A stretch of 64,000 nt of DNA from Streptosporangiales bacterium (lineage in GTDB: Bacteria; Actinomycetota; Actinomycetes; Streptosporangiales; WHST01), in contig JBOHBN010000132.1 of NCBI GenBank assembly GCA_050698355.1, positions 1,195 to 65,194 on the forward strand. The letters run 5' to 3'. Positions 25,019 through 33,377 of the stretch are shown here, piece by piece. Below the pieces are notes generated by a model, which was not told the DNA's origin, did no database searches, and worked only from the letters and a program-made list of their open reading frames with translations. Position 1 is the stretch's first letter, and every line of letters begins with the position of its first letter. The position numbers were made by a program, and so were the translations under genes.

Positions 25019-25633
25019 TCAGCCGGTGTCCGCACGCGCCGACACAGCGCGGCGGACACCGGCGTACGTCACGCCGTACCGCTGCAGTGTCTCCGCGACC
25101 ACGCCCGGGCGGGAGACGAGCGCCAGCAGGATGTGCGCCTCGTCGATGTGCCGGTCACGCAGGTCGAGGGCCTCGCGCAGCGTGCGCTCCAACGTGTGCT
25201 TCGCGTCGGTCGAGAAGCGCACGACGCTCGGGCCGCCACCGCGCCTGCCCAGAAGCCGTCCGGCGCCGGCACGAGCGCGGCCGGGAAGACTCCGCCGCGA
25301 AGCGGGCTGCGAGTCCGGCTCGGCGAGCAGTTCGCCCATCCGGCCCAAGACCTCGTCGACGTCGATACCGATGTCCCGCAGCGCCTCGGCGTCGCCACCG
25401 CCGATCCCGGCGCGCCGGTTCAGCACGGCGAGCTCGTCGAGCAGGGCAGCACGGTCGTTCTCGCCCAGTCCCGCGGCCGTGAGCACGCGGACGCCGACGC
25501 CGCCCTGCCCGTGGAGCACCGCCACCATCAGGTGGTCGTTTCGGATCTCGCGCGCCCGGCCCTCGAACGCGACGCGCTGCGCGTCGACCACCACGGACCG
25601 CGCACTCCCCGTGAACCGCTCGAACACGCTCAC
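25019..25633 (-). CDS. Clp_N (Clp R repeat) domain-containing protein, no ATPase domain
   Basis: Two Clp N-terminal repeats are present: ARSVVVDAQRVAFEGRAREIRNDHLMVAVLH and DAKHTLERTLREALDLRDRHIDEAHILLALVS. GTG 25633 overlaps the upstream stop (GTGA). The 484-aa track ORF is an artefactual extension. Confidence 0.7.
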   Translation of the reverse strand: MSVFERFTGSARSVVVDAQRVAFEGRAREIRNDHLMVAVLHGQGGVGVRVLTAAGLGENDRAALLDELAVLNRRAGIGGGDAEALRDIGIDVDEVLGRMGELLAEPDSQPASRRSLPGRARAGAGRLLGRRGGGPSVVRFSTDAKHTLERTLREALDLRDRHIDEAHILLALVSRPGVVAETLQRYGVTYAGVRRAVSARADTG

Positions 25634-25875
25634 CGCCCCTTGTGCTTCTTGTGTACGGCCTGCCGGCTGACCCCGAGCCCTTCGGCGATCTCCTGCCACG
25701 ACCACCCGTACCGCCTGGCGTTGTCGACCTGCAGGGTCTCCAGCTGCTCGAGCAGCCGCCGCAGCGCGGCGACCGCGCGCAGACCCACCCGCGGGTCTCC
25801 GTCTCCTGCCGCGGTGGCCAGCTCCGTCGCCTTGCTCACGCATGTCAACGTACGTTGACGTCCATGGGTTGTCAA
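25630..25875 (-). CDS. small helix-turn-helix protein (sigma-70 region-4-like HTH)
   Basis: ARRYGWSWQEIAEGLGVSRQAVHKKHKGR at the C-terminus. It is 81 aa and overlaps the Clp_N gene start by 4 nt. Confidence 0.6.
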   Translation of the reverse strand: MTTHGRQRTLTCVSKATELATAAGDGDPRVGLRAVAALRRLLEQLETLQVDNARRYGWSWQEIAEGLGVSRQAVHKKHKGR

Positions 25876-25905
25876 CCTCGCTTGACATCCCCGCTTTGCT
25901 CGGGC

Positions 25906-26577
25906 CTACGGCGAGGGGAGCCAGGCGGCCGCCAGCACGGCGGCGAGCGTCCCGGCGAGCATGAACGGCCCGAACGGGATCAGGGTCCTGCGGCTTCCAC
26001 GCCGGGTCACGACGAGCGCGAGCCCGAACAGCCCGCCGAGTACGGGACCAGCGAACGCACCGAGCACCCAGGCATCCGGCCCCAGCCAGCCGAGGTAGAT
26101 GCCGAGCACGCCCGCGAGCTTGACGTCGCCGCGACCGATCCCCTTCGGCGCCAGCAGGTACAAGACCGCGTACAGGCTCCAAAGAGCGGCCATCCCGATC
26201 AGTGCCATCACCAGGTGCCGCGTACCCGCCGGGACGAGGAAGGCGGCGGCACCGAGCAGCGCGAGCGCGATCGGGTACGACGGCAGCGTAAGGACGTCGG
26301 GGAGCCGGTGGTGCTCGACGTCGATCGCCGCCAGCGGCATCGCAACGATCGCAAGGTACAGGTACGCGGGCAGGACGGGCGAGGTGCCGAAGCGCACGGC
26401 GAGCAGGGCGCACGCGACCGCTGCGGCGAGCGGCACGACCACGTCGCGGGGCCGGCGTACCTCGACCCGCCATGCCGACACGATCGGGCGGGACCGCAAC
26501 CGGGCGACCGCGTGCAGGCCGGCGACGAGACCGGCGAGGCCGGCCAGCAGTGCCAGCGCCATCGGCCAGGCGCTCAC
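25906..26577 (-). CDS. A24-family prepilin-peptidase-like membrane aspartyl protease (no methyltransferase domain)
   Basis: Polytopic membrane protein with the two catalytic-Asp contexts AAIDVEHHRLPD and GRGDVKLAGVLGIYLGW. GTG 26577 overlaps the upstream stop (GTGA). Confidence 0.8.
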   Translation of the reverse strand: MSAWPMALALLAGLAGLVAGLHAVARLRSRPIVSAWRVEVRRPRDVVVPLAAAVACALLAVRFGTSPVLPAYLYLAIVAMPLAAIDVEHHRLPDVLTLPSYPIALALLGAAAFLVPAGTRHLVMALIGMAALWSLYAVLYLLAPKGIGRGDVKLAGVLGIYLGWLGPDAWVLGAFAGPVLGGLFGLALVVTRRGSRRTLIPFGPFMLAGTLAAVLAAAWLPSP

Positions 26578-27224
26578 GGATCGGTCACGGTGAGCCGGGT
26601 GGCGCGAAACCGCGCCGGCATGCCGTCGAGCACCCGCTGCCGCGGGTCGGGCACCGGGTACAGCGGCGACACGACGAGCGGCACGAGCCCGGCGAGCCGC
26701 CGGTCGGCGAGCACGGTGTCCACGGCGCGCCGATCCCCACCGCAGACGAGCGCGTCCAGGTCACCTGCCGCGGGCACGAGGATGCGCACGGCGACGTCGG
26801 CCGCGGCGGCGAACGCCTTGCTCGCCTGCTGCTCGCGCCTGCGCGCGAAGCGCTGCTGCGACCAGCCACCGGCCTTCGTGCCGCCCTGGACGTAGCGACT
26901 CCCCACCTTGGAGCTGGTCAGCCGGTCGCCCTCGAACACCCCGGCCGCGTAGCCGCCGCGGCGAACGAGCAGCACCCCCACCCGCCGCGTGGCACGGGCG
27001 TGCTCGACCAGGCCCGCGTACGGCAGGTCCGCGCGCACGGCCAGGGGCGGGAACGGCACCGTAGCGACCACCCGAGCACCATCGGCGGCGGTGAGCTCGA
27101 CCGTGTCCGGGCCCGGCGCGCTGTCGACCGCGCCGTGCCGCTCGGAGAAGCGGTCGAGCCACCGGGGCAGGCGCTCGGGCGGCACGTCGACGGTGCGTGG
27201 GGCGCCGTCGGCCGTACGAGCCAT
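26574..27224 (-). CDS. Vms1/ANKZF1-like release-factor-fold protein (actinobacterial VLRF1-type, putative peptidyl-tRNA hydrolase)
   Basis: SKVGSRYVQGGTKAGGWSQQRFARRREQQ carries the GGxSQQRF-type Gln loop that I associate with the eRF1/VLRF1 fold. The ~216-aa size and the GGDRRAVD segment fit the family annotated acVLRF1. ATG 27224 (MARTADGAPRTVDV) lies 7 nt after the bldC stop. Confidence 0.6.
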   Translation of the reverse strand: MARTADGAPRTVDVPPERLPRWLDRFSERHGAVDSAPGPDTVELTAADGARVVATVPFPPLAVRADLPYAGLVEHARATRRVGVLLVRRGGYAAGVFEGDRLTSSKVGSRYVQGGTKAGGWSQQRFARRREQQASKAFAAAADVAVRILVPAAGDLDALVCGGDRRAVDTVLADRRLAGLVPLVVSPLYPVPDPRQRVLDGMPARFRATRLTVTDP

Positions 27225-27231
27225 GGATGCC

Positions 27232-27450
27232 CTACGGCACCGTGGTGGCGCCGTCCGGCTCTGCCGGAAGCCCCTCGAGCAGCGCCCGCACCTCCGACTC
27301 AAGGTAGCGGCGGTGGCCGCCGAGGGTGCGGATAGAAGTAAGCTTGCCGGCCTTTGCCCACCGCGTGACCGTCTTCGGGTCGACGCGGAACATCGCTGCC
27401 ACCTCTGCCGGGGTCAGCAGCGCTTCAGCGTCGGTCTTGCGATTCCCCAT
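27232..27450 (-). CDS. bldC: BldC-like small MerR/excisionase-type DNA-binding developmental regulator
   Basis: LLTPAEVAAMFRVDPKTVTRWAKAGKLTSIRTLGGHRRYLESEVRALL is nearly identical to the Streptomyces BldC core. It is 72 aa, with a CAGGAGAAGG RBS. Confidence 0.85.
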   Translation of the reverse strand: MGNRKTDAEALLTPAEVAAMFRVDPKTVTRWAKAGKLTSIRTLGGHRRYLESEVRALLEGLPAEPDGATTVP

Positions 27451-27474
27451 CTGGAACCTTCTCCTGTACCGATC

Positions 27475-27492
27475 GATGGCCCCCCTGCCATC
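27475..27492. other. hairpin in the bldC leader: GATGGC-CCCCCU-GCCATC on the plus strand, giving a G-rich loop on the bldC-sense strand
   Basis: Read from the sequence. A second run CCCCC is at 27504-27508. On the bldC mRNA strand these read AGGGGGG and CAGGGGGA, 30-60 nt upstream of the start codon. Confidence 0.6.
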
Positions 27493-27616
27493 CCGTCCTG
27501 GATCCCCCTGTTTGTCGACTACGTCGCGCGTCGCACCCTAGTAGCATCTCGTCCAGGTTTCAGCCCTCGTGACCGATCGCGCCTGCGCAGCGTATCGCCT
27601 ACGGGCGACGTTCGGG

Positions 27617-28534
27617 TCAGTTGGCCGACTCGAGACGCTCGACGGCGGACCAGCGCTGCATCACCGCCTGGTACCGCTGCGCGGCGAGCTGCCCGTCACC
27701 ATCGGCCAGGGCGGCCACGCCTTCGGCGACATCGGCGACCGAGCGGTCCGTCAGCAGGAAGGCATCGTCCACCAGGTCGACGATGCCACCGTAGTCGAGC
27801 TCGACGAACGCGTGCGGATGAAACTCCTCCAGCCAGCGTCCGAGCAGTTCCACCTCGTCGACGACGAGGCCTTCGACGGTCTTCTTCAACACCGCGAGCG
27901 TCCGCGCCAGCCGGCGGCGCGCTTCGGCCATCCTGGTCAGGTAGCTCAGCGTGCGATCCGGCGCGGGCCGCCCCTCCGACGCGCTTTCCTCCGTGTCGCC
28001 GACGACCGCGTCACCGCCCTCGGCGGCCGCCCGCTCACCGTTCGGGACGAGCACCAGCCGGCGCTCCGCGGGCTCGAACAGCACGAACCACGGCAGCGGG
28101 ACGTGCCAGCGGGACTGCCGGACATGCGGGTACTCGGCAGCGCCCTGCGAGCGCCAGCGGGCGACCTCGGCGTCGGCGGTGATCCGCGCGCTGCGGGGCA
28201 CCGCCGAGCGCAGCACGAGCTGCGGCAGGTTCGCCTCGAGGGAGTTGTACGCGAGCACCGAGCGTAGCCGCGTGTCCAGCGGGGAGAGGTAGGTCGTGCC
28301 GTCGATGCGCCGCACGAGCGCCTGGTCGCTCTCCCGCGACGGAATGAGCACCGGCGGGCTTGCCGCCACCTGCTCGCGGACGGTACGGCGCTCCATGTCG
28401 AGGACGTCTCTGGGGTCCGGCAGCTGGGTGTCCGGGTCGGAGTACAACGCCCAGGCCGCGCGAGCGGGCTCGTGAAAAGCGACAAGCGGCTCGTAGACGC
28501 GCAGGTAGGCGATGTACGGCGTCATGTCTTGCAT
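27617..28534 (-). CDS. conserved actinobacterial hypothetical protein (sits between vdh and bldC as in Streptomyces)
   Basis: 305 aa with no motif I can name. The coding-looking composition and conserved position support a real gene. Confidence 0.6.
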   Translation of the reverse strand: MQDMTPYIAYLRVYEPLVAFHEPARAAWALYSDPDTQLPDPRDVLDMERRTVREQVAASPPVLIPSRESDQALVRRIDGTTYLSPLDTRLRSVLAYNSLEANLPQLVLRSAVPRSARITADAEVARWRSQGAAEYPHVRQSRWHVPLPWFVLFEPAERRLVLVPNGERAAAEGGDAVVGDTEESASEGRPAPDRTLSYLTRMAEARRRLARTLAVLKKTVEGLVVDEVELLGRWLEEFHPHAFVELDYGGIVDLVDDAFLLTDRSVADVAEGVAALADGDGQLAAQRYQAVMQRWSAVERLESAN

Positions 28535-28656
28535 CGTCGCACGTTCCGGCTACTGGGTGCCGCCCCAGTGGAGCCAGGGCGCCGGTTCCGGATGGCTAGG
28601 GTGGCTCCCGAGTCCCGCGCCACAAGCAGCGGGTCATCGGCCGGGAGACACCACCC

Positions 28657-29739
28657 ATGTCGCAGTCCCATTCACACGAGCATGTCGTGCACTGCCGGGA
28701 CGAGGCGTCCGGCCTGCACGCGATCATCGCGATCTACAGCACCGCACTGGGTTCCGCGCTCGGTGGGACACGCTTCCATCCGTACAGCGACGAGCAGCAG
28801 GCGCTCGCCGACGTTCTCAACCTGTCGCGCGCCATGGCGTACAAGGCCGCCGCGGCGGGGCTCGACCTCGGCGGCGGCAAGGCCGTGATCATCGGCGACC
28901 CGCAGCGCCACAAGACTCCCTCGCTGCTCCGGTCGTACGGCCGGTTCGTCCAGAGCCTCGGCGGCCGCTACATCACGGCCTGTGACGTCGGTACGTGCGT
29001 CGCGGACATGGACGTGATCGCCGAGGAGTGCGACCACGTCACCGGCCGGTCGGTCGCGGACGGCGGCGCGGGCGACTCGAGCGTGCTCACCGCGTACGGG
29101 GTGTTCCAGGGCATGCGCGCCTGTGCGGCACGGCTGTGGGGGACGCCGAGCCTGCGTGGGCGCCGGGTCGGCATCGCCGGTGTCGGCAAGGTCGGCAGGC
29201 ACCTCGTCGCCCACCTCGAGGACGACGGGGCGGAGGTCCTGGTGACCGACGTCGATCCGGAGGCGATCGCGCGGGTGCGAGCCGAGCATCCCGACGTCGG
29301 CTCGGTGCCCGACGCCGAGGCGATGGTCCCGGTCGGCCTGGACGTCTACGCACCGTGTGCGCTCGACGGCGCGCTCGACGATGCCACCAGCGCGTCGCTG
29401 CGGGCGGCCTGCGTCTGCGGGGCGGCGAACAACCAGCTCGCACACCCAGGCATCGACAAGCTGCTGGCCGACCGGAACGTCCTCTACGCGCCGGACTACG
29501 TGGTCAACGCCGGCGGCCTGATCCAGGTCGCCGACGAGATCGGCGGCTTCAGCTTCGACCGGGCCAAGCGCCGCGCCGCCGGCATCTACGACAACCTCAC
29601 CAGCGTGTTCGCCCTCGCCGACGAGGAGGGCGTACCGCCGGCCGAGGCCGCCGACCGAATGGCCGAGCAGCGGATGCAGGGCAACGACTGCTGTTATGCC
29701 AACGCCATCGCCGACGCGGGGACCAACCAGGTACGGTAG
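28657..29739 (+). CDS. vdh: Leu/Val/Phe (Glu-family) amino-acid dehydrogenase, valine dehydrogenase-like
   Basis: [22 protein letters not shown] (catalytic Lys region), and the NAD fold [16 protein letters not shown]. The position next to bldC matches the Streptomyces vdh locus. Confidence 0.85.
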   Translation: MSQSHSHEHVVHCRDEASGLHAIIAIYSTALGSALGGTRFHPYSDEQQALADVLNLSRAMAYKAAAAGLDLGGGKAVIIGDPQRHKTPSLLRSYGRFVQSLGGRYITACDVGTCVADMDVIAEECDHVTGRSVADGGAGDSSVLTAYGVFQGMRACAARLWGTPSLRGRRVGIAGVGKVGRHLVAHLEDDGAEVLVTDVDPEAIARVRAEHPDVGSVPDAEAMVPVGLDVYAPCALDGALDDATSASLRAACVCGAANNQLAHPGIDKLLADRNVLYAPDYVVNAGGLIQVADEIGGFSFDRAKRRAAGIYDNLTSVFALADEEGVPPAEAADRMAEQRMQGNDCCYANAIADAGTNQVR

Positions 29740-29831
29740 GAGTAACAGCAAACGGCCGCGCTACGAGCGGTCGGACATGTTCGTGCAGGCAATCGAGGCG
29801 GTACGAGCCTCGCGTTGAGGGGGTCGAGCCA

Positions 29832-30065
29832 ATGGGGCGCGGCCGGGCGAAGGCCAAGCAGACGAAGGTCGCCCGCAAGCTCAAGTACAGCACAGGTCAC
29901 ACCGACCTGTCGCAGCTAGCTGACGAGCTTGGGGCGGCTTCGCCGGGCGCAGGCGACCGGGTCGATGACGCAGACGAAACAGCGGAGCCTGCGCGAGACG
30001 ACGACGAGCTCATCACCAAGTACGCCGATTACGCCGACGACGGCGACGGCGCGCGCAGGCGCTAG
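29832..30065 (+). CDS. DUF3073-family small conserved actinobacterial protein
   Basis: MGRGRAKAKQTKVARKLKYSTGHTDLSQLADELG... followed by an acidic tail. It is embedded in the frame of spurious track ORF 28995..30065. Confidence 0.75.
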   Translation: MGRGRAKAKQTKVARKLKYSTGHTDLSQLADELGAASPGAGDRVDDADETAEPARDDDELITKYADYADDGDGARRR

Positions 30066-30180
30066 CAGCACGCTGACGGGCTCCGCACCGCACACGAGCG
30101 CGCGGGACGCTTCGCGGTGACGCGTACCCTCATATGGCACCGGGGCGCACGGCCACAGGCGCCCATGGGCGAGTCGGCGA

Positions 30181-31272
30181 TCAGGCGGGATGCTCGCCGG
30201 TGAGGCGCACCTCTCCGGTGCCGTTGCCGACCATCTCGCCGGCGACCCACGCGGGCACCTTCCGCCCGACGAGGATGGCGAGCGCGCGGTCGACGTCGTC
30301 GCGCCCGACCGCAGCGACCATGCCCAGTCCCAGGTTGAACGTCCGCTCCATCTCCTCGTGATCGATCCGGCCCTTCTCCTGGATCAACCCGAAGATCGGC
30401 TGCGGCGACCAGGTCGAGCGGTCGACCACGGCATCGAGATGCTCGGGCACGACCCGGCTGAGGTTCGCCGCGAGCCCGCCGCCGGTGACGTGGGCGAGCG
30501 CGTGCACGTCGGTTTCCGCGGCGAGGGTCAGGCAGTCCCGCGCGTAGATCCGTGTCGGGACCAGCAGTTCCTCGCCGAGCGGCCGGTCCAGCTCGTCGAG
30601 CTCCGCGTCCAGCGTCAACCGACCCATCCGCAGCAGCGCGTGCCGGGCGAGTGCATACCCGTTCGCGTGCAGGCCGGATGACCCCATCGCGATCAGGACG
30701 TCGCCCTCCCGTACGCGGTCGGGGCCGAGCACCGCGTCCTCTTCGACGATCCCGGTGCCGGCGCCGGCCAGATCGTACTCCTGCGGCGCCATGATCCCCG
30801 GGTGTTCGGCGGTCTCGCCGCCGATGAGCGCGCAGCCGGCGATCCGGCATCCCTCAGCGATGCCGCCGACGACCGCCCCGATGCGTTCTGGCAGCACCTG
30901 GCCGCAGGCGATGTAGTCGGTCAGGTAGAGCGGCTCCGCGCCGCACACGACGATGTCGTCGGCGACCATGCCGACCAGATCCTGACCGACCGTCTCGTGC
31001 CGGTCCATCGCCTGGGCGATGACCAGCTTGGTGCCGACCCCGTCGGTCGAGGTGGCGAGCACCGGTGACCGGTAGCCGGTGAGGTCCAGCCGGAACAGTC
31101 CAGCGAACCCGCCGAAGTCGCCGATGACCTCCGGGCGGTTCGCCGCGCGGACCTTCTCCTCCATGAGCGCCACGGCGCGGTCGCCGGCCTGGACGTCCAC
31201 GCCCGCAGCGGCGTACGTGCTCCCGGCTACTGCCTGATCCTGGTCCTGGTCCGCCGTCATAGTCGGCTCCAC
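30181..31272 (-). CDS. purM: phosphoribosylformylglycinamidine cyclo-ligase
   Basis: YAAAGVDVQAGDRAV, STDGVGTKL, DDIVVCGAEPL and GGETAEHPG are PurM motifs. An alternative start at ATG 31260 abuts the purF stop. Confidence 0.9.
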   Translation of the reverse strand: MEPTMTADQDQDQAVAGSTYAAAGVDVQAGDRAVALMEEKVRAANRPEVIGDFGGFAGLFRLDLTGYRSPVLATSTDGVGTKLVIAQAMDRHETVGQDLVGMVADDIVVCGAEPLYLTDYIACGQVLPERIGAVVGGIAEGCRIAGCALIGGETAEHPGIMAPQEYDLAGAGTGIVEEDAVLGPDRVREGDVLIAMGSSGLHANGYALARHALLRMGRLTLDAELDELDRPLGEELLVPTRIYARDCLTLAAETDVHALAHVTGGGLAANLSRVVPEHLDAVVDRSTWSPQPIFGLIQEKGRIDHEEMERTFNLGLGMVAAVGRDDVDRALAILVGRKVPAWVAGEMVGNGTGEVRLTGEHPA

Positions 31273-32774
31273 CTGCCCTGCCCCTGCTCCTGCTCTGTCG
31301 CCACGGCGCTCGCCCCGTCCTCCACCAGCCGCTGCTCGAGCAGGGCGTCAGCGGGCAGGGGGATCGGGTACTCGCCGTCGAAGCATGCCTTGCACAGCCG
31401 ATCGCCCGGAATCGTCGTCGCCTGCACCAGCCCGTCGAGCGAGACGTATCCGAGGGAGTCCGCGCCGAGCGAGGTGCCGATCTCCGCGGCGGTGAGGTTC
31501 GCCGCCGCCAGCTCGGCACGGGAGGCGAAGTCGATGCCGTAGAAGCAGGGCCAGCGGACCGGTGGGCTGGCGATGCGCACGTGCACTTCGCGCGCACCCG
31601 CCTCGCGCAGCATCGAGACGATCGCGCGCTGGGTATTGCCGCGGACGATCGAGTCGTCCACGACGACCAACCGTTTGCCGGAGATCACCTCGCGCAGCGG
31701 GTTCAGCTTCAGCCGGATGCCGAGTTGCCGGATCGTCTGGCTCGGCTGGATGAACGTGCGCCCGACGTAGGAGTTCTTGGTGAGGCCCTGGCCGTACGGG
31801 ATGCCGCTGCGCTCGGCGAACCCGATCGCGGCAGGAGTGCCCGACTCGGGTGTGGGGATGATCAGGTCCGCGTCCGCCGGCGCCTCGTCGGCCAGCCGCC
31901 GGCCGATCTCGACCCTGCTCGCGTGCACGCTGCGCCCGGCGATGGTGGTATCCGGCCTGGCCAGGTAGACGTACTCGAAGATGCAGCCCCGCGGTCGCGG
32001 CTCGGCGAACCGCCGCGAGCGCAGGCCGTGCTCGTCGATCGCGACCAGCTCGCCCGGCTCGACCTCCCGGACGAACGCCGCGCCGACGATGTCGAGCGCG
32101 CACGTCTCGCTCGCGACGACCCAGCCCGCGTCGAGGCGGCCGAGCACGAGCGGCCGTACGCCCTGCGCGTCGCGTGCTGCGTACAGGGCGTTCTCGTCCA
32201 TGAAGACCAGCGAGAACGCGCCGCGCAGGTCGGGCAGCAGGTCGGCCGCGGCCACCTCCAGCGGCGTGTCGGGAGTGCCGGCGAGCAGCTCGGCGACGAT
32301 GCCGGTATCGGTCGTGCAGTCGTCCGGCGTGGCGAACAGCTGTTCCTCGGCGAGCCGCGCCCGCACCCGGCCGGCCAGCTCCCGCGAGTTGGTGAGGTTG
32401 CCGTTGTGCGCCAACGCGACGCCACCGATGCCGGTGGAGCGGAAGGTGGGTTGCGCGTTGGCCCACACCGACGCGCCGGTCGTCGAGTACCTGCAGTGGC
32501 CGACCGCTACGTGACCCTCCATGGACGCGAGCGTCGGCTCGTCGAAGACCTGCGGTACGAGTCCCATGTCCTTGACCACGAGGATCTGGTGCCCGTCACC
32601 GACGGCGATCCCCGCGGACTCCTGGCCGCGATGCTGCAGGGCGTACAGCCCGAAGTAGGTGAGCTTCGCGATCTCCTCGCCTGGAGCCCAGACGCCGAAG
32701 ACACCACAAGCATCCTGCGGGCCTCGGTCGTGCGGGTCGATGTCACCCGTCAATCGCCCGTCTCGCGAAGGCAC
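31257..32774 (-). CDS. purF: amidophosphoribosyltransferase
   Basis: Propeptide then CGVFGVWAP (N-terminal nucleophile Cys), HRGQESAGI, the PRTase motif VVVDDSIVRGNT, and C-terminal Fe-S cysteines. Confidence 0.9.
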   Translation of the reverse strand: MPSRDGRLTGDIDPHDRGPQDACGVFGVWAPGEEIAKLTYFGLYALQHRGQESAGIAVGDGHQILVVKDMGLVPQVFDEPTLASMEGHVAVGHCRYSTTGASVWANAQPTFRSTGIGGVALAHNGNLTNSRELAGRVRARLAEEQLFATPDDCTTDTGIVAELLAGTPDTPLEVAAADLLPDLRGAFSLVFMDENALYAARDAQGVRPLVLGRLDAGWVVASETCALDIVGAAFVREVEPGELVAIDEHGLRSRRFAEPRPRGCIFEYVYLARPDTTIAGRSVHASRVEIGRRLADEAPADADLIIPTPESGTPAAIGFAERSGIPYGQGLTKNSYVGRTFIQPSQTIRQLGIRLKLNPLREVISGKRLVVVDDSIVRGNTQRAIVSMLREAGAREVHVRIASPPVRWPCFYGIDFASRAELAAANLTAAEIGTSLGADSLGYVSLDGLVQATTIPGDRLCKACFDGEYPIPLPADALLEQRLVEDGASAVATEQEQGQGRWSRL

Positions 32775-32818
32775 GGGGGGAGTCTAGCGTTCCCGGCGCG
32801 GCGGGGCACCCGCAAAAG

Positions 32819-33211
32819 CTACTGGCTGATGAGCGGCAGGTGGTCGGACAGGTCGGCGCGGCTGCCGGTGGCGCGTATGCGCCCGTCGTACACGGCGGCC
32901 GCCCAGTCCAGGCGGCCGGCGGCGAGCAGTAGCCACGTCGCCGGGTCGGTCTCCACCACATTCGGCGGGGTGCCGCGGGTGTGTCGCGGGCCGGGCAAAC
33001 ACTGCACGGCGACGTACGGCGGCACGCGTAGCTCGACCGACTTGCCCGGCGCGCGAGCGGCGAGCGTACGGGCGAGGTGCCGTACGGCCGTACGGAGGTC
33101 TGCGCGTTCCGGCTCGCTACCAGTGTCCAGTGCGGCGAGCGCCGCCGCCACCGCCGCGTCCGGGTCGGTGTCGGCTGGCGTACGGCTCACCCGTCTAGTG
33201 TGCCCGGACAT
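32819..33211 (-). CDS. sterol-carrier (SCP2-like) family protein, conserved next to purF
   Basis: TAVRHLARTLAARAPGKSVELRVPPYVAVQC...DPATWLLLAAGRLDWAAAVYDGRIRATGSRADL matches the actinobacterial sterol carrier family protein pattern. ATG 33211 was chosen. Confidence 0.6.
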   Translation of the reverse strand: MSGHTRRVSRTPADTDPDAAVAAALAALDTGSEPERADLRTAVRHLARTLAARAPGKSVELRVPPYVAVQCLPGPRHTRGTPPNVVETDPATWLLLAAGRLDWAAAVYDGRIRATGSRADLSDHLPLISQ

Positions 33212-33216
33212 GGAGA

Positions 33217-33255
33217 CGCCGGGTGCGAGGCCCTTCCCCTGCCTCGCACCCGGCG
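33217..33255. other. perfect 15-bp-stem hairpin / inverted repeat 5 nt upstream of the sterol-carrier gene start
   Basis: CGCCGGGTGCGAGGC-ccttcccct-GCCTCGCACCCGGCG with exactly complementary arms. It is followed by TTGTT on the plus strand and lies in a divergent intergenic region (the Uma2 gene starts at 33378). Confidence 0.9.
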
Positions 33256-33377
33256 TTGTTCCAGTGGAACACGCGCGGCTGGGCGTGTCGGGGAGGCGCG
33301 CCGGCGCCTGTGGATAACCGGAACGTGCGGACTCAGCTTCGGGCAGGCTTGACAGATGTCCAGCGAGTGGAGTCACG

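Noticed and set aside
25634-26473. The 484-aa track ORF (25019..26473-) would extend the Clp_N protein by ~280 aa.
   Set aside because: The extension overlaps the HTH gene and the A24 peptidase gene in other frames and is R/A/G/P-rich. The recognisable Clp_N repeats begin right after an internal GTG that overlaps the upstream stop codon.
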